Part shown: positions 36,523 through 49,541 of the stretch, piece after piece
Layout: each line of letters opens with the position of its first letter
Numbering within the stretch: the first letter of the stretch is position 1
Assembly (NCBI GenBank): GCA_002245135.1
Contig: NGBS01000628.1
Span: forward strand, 1 to 62,255
Source: Proteromonas lacertae
Lineage: Eukaryota
DNA: 62,255 nt
Direction of reading: 5' to 3'
Program-made: the position numbers and the translations under genes
The notes under the pieces: model-generated
What the model saw: the letters and a program-made list of their open reading frames with translations, nothing else
Told to the model about the DNA's origin: nothing
Database searches by the model: none

Positions 36523-37699
36523 AATATGTAATATATCTATACAAACTAGAAGTTTTATAACATAGTTATGAAAAATTGTTACTTTTATATTTACTTTGTC
36601 ATATTATCTATTATATATAACTTCAATTCATAATAGATTATCTAAATTCAGTAGTAATATGATTTAGTTGGTGTACTTTCGAATAACCTTGAATTGCATT
36701 TTATAGATAATGAATACTCAAAAGCCTTGTATATCAACTTTACAGGCATTAGCAAATTTTTAGGTATGAATTTACATTGTACTGTGATCCCCATTGTTGT
36801 AATGGTTGTCCTTCAATTTGAGATAAAAATGGATTTTGCCATTGGTATGTTAAATTCTCTGGTTGAGCATAATAATCTGAATATGGCTTGTTATACTTAC
36901 CTATGTTCCTATAATATCGTCCAAACTGGTCTGTGATGCCTGACATATATAATTTGTATTTCATCTCATCAGTCATGAAATTGTTTTTTGTTGCGTTTAT
37001 ATTTGGATTAACAGGCTTTGATAATTCCTCTATATCATCCTCATCTCCTATAGTATCATAAAATTTATTGAAACTAGATTTAGGATCATAGATGTCTAAT
37101 CCATATGTACCATTGCCTTTGTCAACATTGGCTGTTGGGTTAGCCATGTGACTGAGATCTAGTTTTATTTTTTTGTTATCTTTTGTTGTGCGCCGTTTGT
37201 CAGAGTTGGCCGTTTGTCTACCAGACACTTTTAAAACAAACTAAATACACAATTACACTTCTTTTAATGAAAAATTGTTACTTTTATACTTACTTTGTCA
37301 TATAACCTACATCTATGAGTAACTATTAATTGTCATAATATTGAATAAAAACAATCAAAATATATTCTAGAAATTATGTATATTCCAAATTATATGTTTT
37401 TATTGACATATAATGTCTAAATGAGAAGTGTCAGTTACACAGGAATTAAGAATAATACCCCTTCTGACGTCATTTTTAATTTAAAATTTCATTTTCTTCA
37501 ACTTTTTTGTTTGTATGTTTTTTTGGTTCAGTCAAAGAGAAAAAATGAATTTCAGCAGACACTTTGAAAAATGTTAAAATATTATATCAAGATATGAAGA
37601 TATTTCAAAAAAGAAAAATCAAGCTTGTCAAACTTGACAGTTTTTTTTATTTTTTATTTTAGAAAATCAAAATGTAAGTACTATATATATATATATATA

Positions 37700-37732
<33 letters not shown>

Positions 37733-37759
37733 CAAAATACTTTCTTTATATTATTTATA

Positions 37760-39814
37760 AACTTTATAATACTATCATGTACAGTGAAATGTATAGAAGC
37801 ATCATTATTTTATGAACATAAAGTAGATGTAATTGATTTTGGTGATAAATTTATTAACAGATAAGCTGAAAGCGCATTTTAATAGAAAATCGAGGTTTAA
37901 GAAGTCAAAGATTAACTAAGCCCAATTATAGAGTAGAAAAAATAATATATCAAATTTACAGCAGAATAGTGTTGATTTAGACTTTAGGAGAAAAAATGTT
38001 TTAATTAGAAGAAAAAAAGCTCAAGCTCAAGATTTAGATATTGGTTGAAGTACTCAAATAATATCAATGGATCCTGCTTATTTATCATTAGATATTGGTT
38101 GAAGTATTACTTACAAATGAAGGATCAATCAAACCAAATTAATATTTACTCCGCCAGAAAGTGAAGTAGATATAGAAGAAAGTGTAACAATCGAAGTATC
38201 TTATACAAGTTCAACTCTTGGTGAATTTAGTGATCATTTTGAATTTGCATTAAAAGGAGCAACTAATAATGTGGTATTAACAATAAAAGGACATGTAGTT
38301 GGTCCAACATTCTTCTTTAATAAGAATAAACTAGATTTTGGTATTGTAAGTTATGCGTTTTTTAACTCAACTGATTTGATATTAAGAAATACTTCCTCTG
38401 TTCCATTTATATTCAATTTACGAGTTCCTCAAGATGGTAATTACTTAAACAAAGAATTCGAAATAATTCAAGCAGTAGCAACAGTATTACCAGAAGGAGA
38501 AGAGAAAATCAAAATCAATTTCATATCTCAAACAATAAAAGTATATGATTATTGTTTAGCAATTGATATTGAAAGTGTAGGTGAAGCTTTATTAACAATT
38601 CCAATAAGTGCTGAATGTCGAGTAGCTGAAGTAGAATTATTAGAAGAATCATTGAAATATGGAGATTGTTATTTAAGATATACTTATTATCGAACTTTAA
38701 CATTAAAGAATAAATCCAATTTAAGTGCTCAATTTGAAAACAGAACAAGATGAAAGAAGTAAATCAATTGGTAGTTATTTCCCTGATCCAGCTAAAGGTG
38801 TAATTGGACCAATGGCAACTCAAATGATTAAAATTTAATTAAATCCTGAGAAATTAGGTGATATGAGAATTCCATTATATATTCAAATAATTGGCAGTCA
38901 ATATCCTCCATTGGTATTAGTATTAGAAGCAAATGGACTTAGACCAGTGATAAAGTCAAATTTAAATTATATAAAATTTGGTGATATAACTTGTTTAGAT
39001 ACTCATACAAAAGAATTTACAATAACTAATCCAACTTCAATTCCAGCTTTTTATAAATTAGATTTTGAACGAGGATTTTATTTTAATACTGATATAGTTG
39101 ATGGTATATTACAAAGCAAAGAATCTCAAAAGATAGTAGTTAGTTGCATGTTGGAAGATGTATTAGCTTATAAAGATACAATATACATAGCAGTAACTGA
39201 AGGAGATAGTGCAATTCTTCCAGTTACAGCTAAATGTATAATAACAACAATATTTTGAGAAGATCCAGTAGATGTAATTGATTTTGGTGATCAATTCACA
39301 AACAGAACAATCGAAAGAGTATTTTTATTAGAAAATCGAGGTTTAAGAAGTCAAAGATTAATTTGGATAAATCAAACTGCAGCAGAAAAAGAAAAATCTT
39401 TTAAAGCCAATAAATCAAAGATGGAAAGTGAAATGAATTCAAACCTTATGAAGCTATATTTGCAATAACTCCCAATGCAATCGAATTAAAACCCAATACT
39501 GCTTGAAATTTTGTAACATCTGGAAGTTGTGAAAAACCCTGTGAAGTGATGGAAATGTTTCTTGTTTGAGGAAATTTGATGGAGAAATAAGAAATAATGA
39601 AGCAAAAGAAACCGAAGTAAAAGTGAACTTTATGAATCCATTAATTCAATGTTCTGAAGAGAAAATCGAAGTTCAAAGTAAGACAGTTGTATTTAAGAAT
39701 ATATCAACATTGAGTTTAGATGCGATAATAAGTGTAGCAGCTCCATTATTATTGAGTATGAATGAATTCCATTTAGAACCAAATGAATCAATGAATGTGA
39801 CAATGAATCATTGA
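37760..39814 (+). pseudogene. HYDIN: HYDIN internal fragment (ASH/PapD-like repeats), broken
   Basis: TIKGHVVGPTFFFN...LDFGIVSY...NTSSVPF.F.LRVPQDG...KEFEI matches recalled HYDIN sequence; multiple stops and frameshifts. Confidence 0.75.
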
Positions 39815-40187
39815 TACTATTATATAAAACAAAAAACAATTTTGGAAAAAGATTTGAGTTGAATGTTGTTTCAACTTATTTTCTGATTTCAATTTTGTTA
39901 TATTTGTTAATAATATATTATGATTATCTCATATATGAAATATGAGAAATCAAAAGTGTCTCCTAGACAAACGGCGTGAGAAGATTTAGAAATACGCCGT
40001 TTGTCTAGGAGACATTTTTCACTTCTCAATTTTCTTCTGTAACTTATGTGTATCATTTCATAATCATTGATACTATTATATAAAACAAAAAACAACACAT
40101 AAATTATAATTTTGTAAATTATACAAAAGAAGCTAAGTGTTAATAATATATTGTAATTGGCTACACGCTGAAATGAATGATTTTTAT

Positions 40188-41254
40188 CAGGGTTGTATAA
40201 ATCGGTCATGACCGACGGAGAAAACCGATCGGTCATAGGTCAATAAATAAATGTTGACCGACACCAGGCTGTAGTAATTATTAGCTGACCTCCTCCTAAA
40301 CATGTGATATTAATAATATTATCTAACTGTACATATTGAATTCAAGCTCTATATATCATTCTATAAAATACCGAATTAACCGTCGGTCGATGCGCTTTTT
40401 TCTTTCTTCATAATTGAATCTAACCTTACCAATGAGTTATTCTATTGTGTTATATATGTAATATAAAGTATAGAATGATTATAAAAATTTGAAAGAAAAA
40501 ATGGCAAACTTTTAGCTTGACATTAATCATTTCTTAAAATTATCATAAATGTATCTAATATAATCTATCATTATATATTCTAGGAGTATAGTTTTACCAA
40601 TTTGAGCGGCTCGTGAAGTTATTGCCTTAAAAGAGGCAAATATGCTTAAACATCTTAATTTTAACTTATACAAAACCTTTTGGTATAATATGTTAAAGAT
40701 AAAAAGCCTTGATAAATGCATTTGCAGTAAAAAGAAAGAGATTAATTATGCCAAATGAAGTACAAGAATATTTGCAATATGATATTCATTACAGCACCTC
40801 TGAAACCATTGGAAATATCTGGCTATCATTAAAGTCCAAGTTTCCTAGAGTATACATACTTGCCAATAACAGTTTAAACAGTCAGAAAGAATATTTTCCG
40901 AGGCTGGACAAATAAGTAACTTATCCAAATCAAATTTATCATGTGATAGATTACAAATGAAACTGATGATTAGTAGAAATAAATAAGAACATAATTATAT
41001 AAAATACCTAATTATTGTTGAGTATTAAATTGTAATTCTTTATAGAAAGTTAAAAATTATTTAATTGAATTGAAAATATATGAATCAAGTATTAAAATAT
41101 ATTATAAGATAGTTTTTATGAAGGGAAAATTAGTATATAATGAATTAAAATAGATTTTATAATATACGGCTTGTAAGGCTTGACCGACCGACAGTCAAGG
41201 CAAAACCTATAGGTTTTGACCTATTTCCGTCGGTAACCGATAAATACAACCCTG
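40188..41254 (+). mobile_element. Mini-hAT transposon, 8-bp TSD ATTTTTAT
   Basis: TIR CAGGGTTGTAT...ATACAACCCTG; TSD at 40180-40187 and 41255-41262; hATC domain with a 19-bp deletion. Confidence 0.92.
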
Positions 41255-43539
41255 ATTTTTATAGAAGGCATTGAAATATGAAATACATTAATTTGTTGTA
41301 GCTTTGATATTCATGTCGATTAAAGATTGTATTTCTGTTTATATTGTAGATATTAACTTTGTAACTAAAATTATAGATTTAAATGAAAAACATGTGCATA
41401 TAAAACAAGTGTTTATATCAAAATATTGATTTTCGTACAAATAAGGGGGTAAGAAAATTCAAGTTTTTAGTTACATTTTTTTATTTATATCAACAACAGA
41501 AGTGAGTTGTAAGCTAATATTTTATATTATTCATGTACTTAATATGTATTAATAGATTATGTAAAATAATTTGTTACATAGGCTAATTAAGTCATATCGT
41601 GACATGTCTATCATATACAAAATGTTAATATAAAAGTAACAATTTTTCATCAAGACAAGTAAGAATATACATTTAGTTTGTTTTAAAAGTGTCTGGTAGA
41701 CAAACGGCCAACTATGACAAACAGCGCACAACATCTTTCACTTTGTTATAGATGATCTTTTTCAATTTTCTTTTAAGAGCATTATGATACACAGACGGAT
41801 TCTCAAAATCATTTGCTTCTTCTTTTGGTGATGATTGTTGCTTATGCTTTCGTTTAACACCCATAAAATATATAAAACAATATAAAAAATAGAGAAACAA
41901 TACTATTAGAAATATAGCCGTTATTGATATTATAGATGATATTATTTTCTCAGTTGTATCTCTTCCTCATCATCTGAATCTCTATCATATCAAACTCATT
42001 CATACTTCTTCTTAATAAATGGTTTAATTTAATATTTATAATTATCTATAGTTTTATAATCTTATTTATTTATATGATTTATGAGAAAAGATCATATAAA
42101 TAATAACAAATACTAAAGTTATCAAAAATATATATTGCAGACATAGTTTATATGACAAAGTAAGTATAAAAGTAACAATTGTTCATCAAAATAAGGAAGA
42201 ATATGCATTTAGTTTGTTTCTAAAGTCTCTAGTCGCTCAACGGGGAGTTGTACTTAACGGTGAACATTTGTAAAAGATTAGAACATGTAAGAATATCAAA
42301 AAGCTAACATCAAATGAAATAAAATGAAAAAAGTAATAATTTGAGATATATTACTTCAAGTTATACAGGTTTGACTATAATTCTTAATTCCAGTATAACT
42401 GATACATTTTATCTTTTCATCATCTAAAGAAATAAATATTTTATTTAAAATATAAGTCAATTCTACAGGCTTTGGAACAGCTATTGATACTTTTGGGCAA
42501 GACTCTATAAACAGGATTGTTTGTATTATCTAATGATGTTAATACTATACATCGTCTAACTCTAACCTCAAATAAAACACACGAGATTAAATTATCTTTG
42601 GGATTTGCATTGATTTTTTTCCACGCTATACATTTCAGATTGTTATTATAATTATCTTCTGGAATAATTACATTAAATCCAAATTACTTGTTTGTGATAG
42701 AGCATACAAACACTGGAATTTGTTGATGAATTATCTACAAAATATACGACAGCCTTTCAATATATGACAAAGATGAAAATTCTAGACATGCAATAAGTAC
42801 TAGAATAGCATACTTTTTTAGATCATATTATGAAGAAGAATATCATATTATTAAAACAGTAGTAAAACAAAATAAAAGAGATGTAATTACATGTGGATAT
42901 TTTACATTATTCTTTTTAGGCATTAGACTAAAGAACATCAACATAGATAGCATTCCAAATATTGAAAGCTTCAATATTCAATACTTTATTCATGATATAA
43001 AAGATATTATGACTAGATTGACAACAGAACAAAAACAAAGAGTTTTCTCCATTATGACAGAAATAATACATATCACAGATTTATGCAGACATTAATCAGA
43101 TTTATTTCCCTTATAATTACGCTTTCAGCGATATAACATTTTCCCAAATGTTTGATAGATTTTATGAAATTTTGTTTTTATTATAAATTTATAAGCTACA
43201 TATGTTTCGTTCTAAAAATATATTCATGTGTAATTTATTAAATATTAAAATTAGAAAATTAGTATCTAATAAATATTCTTTATATCTATACATAGATCTG
43301 CAATTAATTATTAATATTTAATAGTGTTATTTACATTGTATTATTTTTTCATTTATCTGATTATTTATTTTTAGATATTTCATTTTAATAATACATATAA
43401 GTACTAGTAATAGAATTTATAATAATATTACATATGTTGACTTAATAGTTGATATTGGCACAAGTTATATATTTGTAAATAACTCTTTATAACTAAGATA
43501 AAAATGATATATCACAACAATACCTTTAAATGTTTCATT

Positions 43540-43825
43540 AATATGATGCCAAAAAGTCTTTTGTTCTTCGTCAGTCATTCTCTCAATTGTTTTCATTGCA
43601 TCTTCCATCTTTTATCTGGTTTTGTTATTTTAATTCATAGTTACTTCCTAAGCCATTGCTATACCATCTCTGACTGTTTACATAAGACTGAGTATTGTAC
43701 TGAGCAGGATTGTTTCACTGGTTTCTAGACCATTGATATAATCCTGGTTGTTGGTTAAGGTGCTAATAACGGCGCCAGTTCTACGATATTTCTACGTTGC
43801 CGTGGTGCCGGCCGGCGCTGGGTTT
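43540..43825 (-). pseudogene. Polinton polyprotein fragment D plus GC-rich GGCGCCAGTT motif
   Basis: Reverse complement matches 8230-8400 (QYNTQSYVNSQRW...MTDEEQKTFWHHI). Confidence 0.65.
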
Positions 43826-43948
43826 CATAAAAAAATAAAAAAATAAAAAGTGTAGGGGGAGTGATTTAAAGTATAAAAATGTATTGAAATTGCTATATAA
43901 TGTAACTATAAAAAAATAATTATCAAAAAATACTCTTTATTCTTTTTT

Positions 43949-44400
43949 ATGAGTTTTCTTTGTCAATCTGCTATATTTTTTGGACCAAAATTTAGAGATG
44001 GTATTGTATATAAAAGAAAATGCATCCTATGCAATTTTAACGTCAATATTGGTATTTTTTTTATAATAGATATAATTAGGTACACAAAAGGATTCAAACA
44101 CATCACACTTAAAAAGCCACCTAATGAAGAAACATAAATTTAGTGAAGAGTGTATTAAAAACAAAAATTTAATCCAACACTTTAATCAGACAACAATACC
44201 AACATACAGCAATATCAATAGAAAAATTCTTTACCAATACGTGGCAGCGTTACACATAGATTGTCGACCTTTGCGATTTGGAGATGGATATGGGTTCAGT
44301 AGTTTTTTTGATACATTACATATAAAATTACCAACATATAAGCAAATATCAGATACAACCGATTCAATAATATCGTTAATAAAAAAGAAAATGGAATGTG
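43949..44400 (+). pseudogene. hAT transposase N-terminus (BED-finger-like), truncated at the TIR element
   Basis: KCILC followed by IDCRPLRFGDGYGF..FF....KLP, typical of the Hermes/Ac N-terminal region. Confidence 0.55.
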
Positions 44401-44883
44401 TATATAGTATATAAATGGGACTCTGTGACAATGTCCCATAGTCCCATTTACGTAAGGTTCCTACGGGATTCCTCCCAACAGGGTCTACTTCTCAACGGGG
44501 TCTATTTCCCTACGGGGATCTTTCTCATGCTAGCTGCGCTGCGCCTATTTAACTTTTATTTCCTTTTGCAAGATTTGAACCAGGCTGGGCTACCCGGCTG
44601 GGCTAGTACTTCCTACGGCATTCCTCTGACCATTCGGGCTACGCCCCCCAAGGAAAAGAACCTTCAATCATGTATATATACCTTCATATATTGAAACGAC
44701 TAGTTTGCAATTCTATTATGACTATCTTGTAACGACTAAATTCAATTCTATTTTGACTAATACCCAATACACTGGTACTATGTAATGCATTTGGCATTTT
44801 ACAATTAATGCTTATGAGTCGACACTTCATCTAGTTTCAAATTTCTTACACTTTTTTAAACTTTGTCAATTACCTAATTTACC

Positions 44884-45844
44884 ATGTCAAAAAGAGATAC
44901 TGACATGAAGACTTCTGGATCCTTTAAGCTATCTCCTCAGCATGAAAAGTACCTTGCTGATCTCCTAGCTGCTCATCAGTCCTGGGCTGATTGTATGGAT
45001 AAAGCCTTCCGAGAGACCAGCAGTAAGTTCTCCTTTCCAAATTACGTCTTCTATAGACTATTCGAAATATACCGTGGCTGGGAGGATGTTCTGGATGAAC
45101 TCCATGAGATGGAATTGATACCTTAAAAGTACGAGAAGCAGGATGCTAGATATCATTGGTTCGGTATACAAGCCTCCATATACTTGTCTATCAAAGGAAG
45201 GGTAATGAACTTAACTGAGCTTCAGACACGCCCTCAGTCTGTTACTGCACCATTTACTGAGTACATCAATGAAGCTGCTGAAGTTATTGAAAGGGTCTTG
45301 AATTGTTTATTGGACACTCCAAAGGATGAGGATGGATTTGTTGACTTCGGTACTTACCGAAGGAGTGGAAGATATATTCCTTCACTCTCAACATGAATTT
45401 GAACGCTCCCTGGAGGATTTGAGAGAGAAGAAATTCCCGGAGTATAAGAAGGAGCTTTACAAGCATCATCCATACTTAGCTGAACATAACCCTGAGTTGT
45501 TAGGCTGCAGGATGGTAGAAGAGTGCTTTAAGGAATTGAAGGATGCAGATAGTAATATATGCCATGGTACTAGTTCATTTCTAACATGTCTTCTCCAAAA
45601 TATCGAGGATACCTTGGAGAAGCTAGATCCTATAGATGACTACAAGGACATCTGTGAGTTCCTTGAGAAAGAAGAAATACTGCAACTGCATAATATGTTG
45701 ATTCCCGAAGGAGACATGGCTGAGGAACTGTTGAAGCAAGTAATTGAATCCATTGTGGGTATCAAGAAGAACTGGTCTATCGCTGTTGATGCCTTTGCTA
45801 AGCTCTCTAGAGTGGTTAGTGGTGAGTATAAGGATGATGAATAA
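44884..45844 (+). pseudogene. Orphan helical protein, paralog 1 (stop at 45124 and a frameshift)
   Basis: WFGIQASIY, DGFVDFG and ELYKHHPYLAEHNPE align with 47378..48235. Confidence 0.7.
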
Positions 45845-46059
45845 ACTTAAGCTTCTTGTTAAGTACCTTTCTTAAGTACCTTGTTGTTGTTGTTCTGGGG
45901 TTGATAACGACTACTTTTCAAATCTATTCTGACAATAACTAAATATAATAGTACTGTGTACTTACTATCAATACCTAGCACATTGGTACTATGTATTGCA
46001 TCTTGGCATTTTACAATTAATGCTTATGAATCGACACTTTGTCAATTACGTAATTTACC

Positions 46060-48235
46060 ATGTCAAAACGATCTTGTATGTGTACTTCAGTTATTTCTGA
46101 CTCCTCCGAGGATGAGGTATCTCCTCCAGGGTTGTATTTATCGGTTACCGACGGAGATAGGTCAAAACCTATAGGTTTTGCCTTGACTGTCGGTCGGTCA
46201 AGCCTTACAAGCCGTATATTATAAAATCTATTTTAATTCATTATATACTAATTTTCCCTTCATAAAAACTATCTTATAATATATTTTAATACTTAATTCA
46301 TATATTTTCAATTCAATTAAATAATTTTTAACTTTCTATAAAGAATTACAATTTAATACTCAACAATAATTAGGTATTTTATATAATTATGTTCTTATTT
46401 ATTTCTACTAATCATCAGTTTCATTTGTAATCTATCACATGATAAATTTGATTTGGATAAGTTACTTATTTGTCCAGCCTCGGAAAATATTCTTTCTGGC
46501 TCTGAAGATGTTGCTAGACTGTTTAAACTGTTCTTGGCAAGTATGTATACTCTAGGAAACTTGGACTTTAATGATAGCCAGATATTTCCAATGGTTTCAG
46601 AGGTGCTGTAATGAATATCATATTGCAAATATTCTTGTACTTCATTTGGCATAATTAATCTCTTTCTTTTTACTGCAAATGCATTTATCAAGGCTTTTTA
46701 TCTTTAACATATTATACCAAAAGGTTTTGTATAAGTTAAAATTAAGATGTTTAAGCATATTTGCCTCTTTTAAGGCAATAACTTCACGAGCCGCTCAAAT
46801 TGGTAAAACTATACTCCTAGAATATATAATGATAGATTATATTAGATAAATTTATGATAATTTTAAGAAATGATTAATGTCAAGCTAAAAGTTTGCCATT
46901 TTTTCTTTCAAATTTTTATAATCATTCTATACTTTATATTACATATATAACACAATAGAATAACTCATTGGTAAGGTTAGATTCAATTATGAAGAAAGAA
47001 AAAAGCTCATCGACCGACGGTTAATTCGGTATTTTATAGAATGATATATAGAGCTTGAATTCAATATGTACAGTTAGATAATATTATTAATATCACATGT
47101 TTAGGAGGAGGTCAGCTAATAGTTACTACAGCCTGGTGTCGGTCAACATTTGTTTATTGACCTACGACCGATCGGTTTTCTCCGTCGGTCATGACCGATT
47201 TATACAACCCTGATCTCCTCCAGTGGTCAAGAGAGTATACCATTCCTTACTATCATCTACTAGGTAAAGATCCTTCCGAGTCTACATGAGCCTGATAATG
47301 TTGAAGCTTTTACAACTACTGATAGTTCCTTACTCCTCAAGAAGTATGTTGCTGGTGTCAGTTCACTTTATGAATCCTTGGTAGGTATCTTCGATAATTG
47401 TTTCAATGAGACCCGTGGTAAGATCGTCTTTCCCAATGCTGCCTTTGATAAGCTCGTGCTTGCTTACGATGAGTTGATTGATGCTAAAGGGGATATCGAT
47501 AAGTTGAAGAAGCTACCAGTAAAGTTCAATGTTAAGCACGGTGAGTATCCATGGTTCAATATCCAAAGCTCCATCTATTATTCAATTGAAAGCGTCCAGG
47601 ACCATCTTACTGATCTCTACGATACCAGTGACTATCCCTTCAGAGTTATCCGGGATATGCGTAGCTATGTGGATAAGGCTTATGACACTATCGAGAAGCT
47701 AATGAATTACTTCAAGGAAGCTGTTCATCCAGACCCTGACTTCATTGACTTTGGTTCCTTCCTTGGATTGCTTGGTACAGCTAATGATACTTCCAGGAAT
47801 ATAAGTAACCATCTGAATAACTTCTCCAGTCGATTCCAGGACTATAAGAATGAGCTTATTGCTACTCATCCATACCTAGCTGAGAACGACCCTGAGCAGT
47901 TGCATTACGAGGATGTGGAGGAGTCCCTTGAGGATCTAAAGGAAGAGTTTAAACCCATTGATGCAACAGTCCATCTGATGAATGGTGCTGGTCTACCAAG
48001 GATTATCAGTGCCCTTGAAGATATCCTGCCTATGGCTGACAATGAAGATCTGGAATTCTTTGAGACGTGTGAAGTACTCCTACCGAAGAATAAGTTTGTA
48101 TACGAGGGAAGTAAAGCTGAAGAGAAGCTAAAGCTGGTTGTTGACTCTCTAAGAGATCTTCGTAATAGCTGGATAGTCTTGAGCGATACCTTAAACAATA
48201 TCCAGACTACACTTGTCCTTGAGCATAATAATTAA
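46060..48235 (+). CDS. Orphan helical protein, paralog 2, interrupted by a mini-hAT; 29-nt intron at 47235-47263
   Basis: Removing the hAT plus one TSD and splicing GTATAC...CTAG gives one open frame MSKRS...PPVVKR|VKILP...LVGIFDN...LEHNN. Confidence 0.75.
46127..47212 (-). mobile_element. Mini-hAT transposon, 8-bp TSD ATCTCCTC, retaining the hATC dimerisation domain (46395..46691)
   Basis: TSD at 46119-46126 and 47213-47220; W.SLKSKFP.VY.LA...L...ATSSEPERIFSEAG. Confidence 0.92.
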
Positions 48236-48667
48236 CTTTACCTTATTCTTTCTAAGTACCTTGTTTGTTGTTGGATTGTTAACGACTAGTTTTCATAACT
48301 AATTTGAAATAAAACGATGAACATCCGTAATGTGTACTTGTAACAATTACCTTATTGACATTATCATGGTCATAATTACCAGCTCTAATCTAAATGGGGT
48401 ACGGTGTTAGTTGGTGTACAGTGTTAGTTAGGGGTATAAAACTTTCGGATAACCTTGAATTGCGTTTTACAGATAATTAATTCTCAGGAGCTTGTGAATC
48501 GACATTCCAGGCATTCGCAAATTTCCAGGTCCTTTAAAAATCTCATCTTTACTTTTGCTTATCATGAACTTTGACTTAGCCATTGTATCATCTCCTATCT
48601 ATCCACTCCGAAGAGTCTTTACCTTACCAGATGATTGCATCTTCCAAGTAACCTTTCGTCACAGTAG

Positions 48668-49288
48668 TTGAACCCAATCACTCAGATCCTCCATGAGCAA
48701 TTGAAAATTGATCCGATACTTAAGCTCTTCAGAACAACTCCATCTTATCCAGGCTATAGTCTTCTCCTTGCCAAGTTCCGAGAAGACCTTATTGAACTAG
48801 AGATACTTTACGAATCTACCAAGGCTGGATGGGGAGCTCACAATCCCTTGACCTTTCACTTGATCACCTCCATGCATTACCTTTACTCTCTGAATAACCA
48901 GATAAAGTACTACGGGCAGTCTTATCATCAACATTTCCATGGAGCTGTCATTGTCCACAACCTCCAAGAGATGTTCCTTGTGGATGCTTGGAAGGAGATG
49001 GAGGATGCTTCCTATGATGTTCATTTACAGCTAGAGTGCTTAATCCCCACGATCATCACAGGGTATTGTAGGTTACTCTTCACTACCCTTGAATATCACG
49101 ATCAGTTATCCGTTATCGTCAATGAGTTGAATGGGTTGCTAGCGATAGTTGATAATAACCTGGATATCGTAAGGCGTAACATTGATCCTAGAAAACTATT
49201 ACTACTAGGGACTTGTGATCCAAGGACTGATCTACGTGAGCTACAATGCATCTCCTTCAGTAAGTGTACTCCGAGACTACTTGCTTAA
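48668..49288 (+). CDS. Orphan helical protein in the TIR element (probably partial)
   Basis: 206 aa ORF with composition like the neighbouring cargo genes; likely true ATG at ~48564. Confidence 0.45.
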   Translation: MNPITQILHEQLKIDPILKLFRTTPSYPGYSLLLAKFREDLIELEILYESTKAGWGAHNPLTFHLITSMHYLYSLNNQIKYYGQSYHQHFHGAVIVHNLQEMFLVDAWKEMEDASYDVHLQLECLIPTIITGYCRLLFTTLEYHDQLSVIVNELNGLLAIVDNNLDIVRRNIDPRKLLLLGTCDPRTDLRELQCISFSKCTPRLLA

Positions 49289-49541
49289 CTGCTTCAACAT
49301 CTTACCTATGATCAATCGCCTGGCTAATGCTACGAAGTCCCTTAAGGAGTTCATTAATAAGTATTACCTACTCGGTAAGGAGATCGTTGATCGTAGAACT
49401 CACAAGGATCAAGAGATTCTATCATCCTTGTCCATATCATCGATATCCAGACTCTCAGTAACTAGCTTAAGTTATAATCTAGTCCTTACCTTTGCTTCTT
49501 GTCTTGTGTTGGGTTGATCATCTCCTTGATCATCTCCGGTA

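Larger units (their letters stand above)
37184..41733. mobile_element. Non-autonomous TGT...ACA TIR element (Ginger2/TDD-like) with 5-bp TSD TCTTT, carrying cargo
   Basis: TIR TGTTGTGCGC(C/T)GTTTGTCA(G/T)AGTTGGCCGTTTGTCTACCAGACAC..., about 100 bp; TCTTT at 37179-37183 and 41734-41738; the empty site is seen in copy B at ~19200-19220. Confidence 0.85.
36762..42000 (-). pseudogene. Polinton copy C fragment (polyprotein 5' region) split by the insertion at 37184-41733
   Basis: 41734-41950 and 37030-37183 are near-identical in reverse complement to 19000-19362 and rejoin seamlessly. Confidence 0.85.

Noticed and set aside
37432..37472. CAGTTA...GACGTCA repeat (also ~53946, ~55065, ~42380) as Tc1/mariner TIRs
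   Set aside because: The repeat is real, but I could not pair ends with a TA TSD or find a transposase, so no element was called.
48255..48275. TGTTTGTT as a Blastocystis-type polyadenylation signal creating stop codons
   Set aside because: TG-rich tracts follow several genes, but these genes have encoded stops and I found no convincing stop-less gene; it cannot be supported without transcripts.
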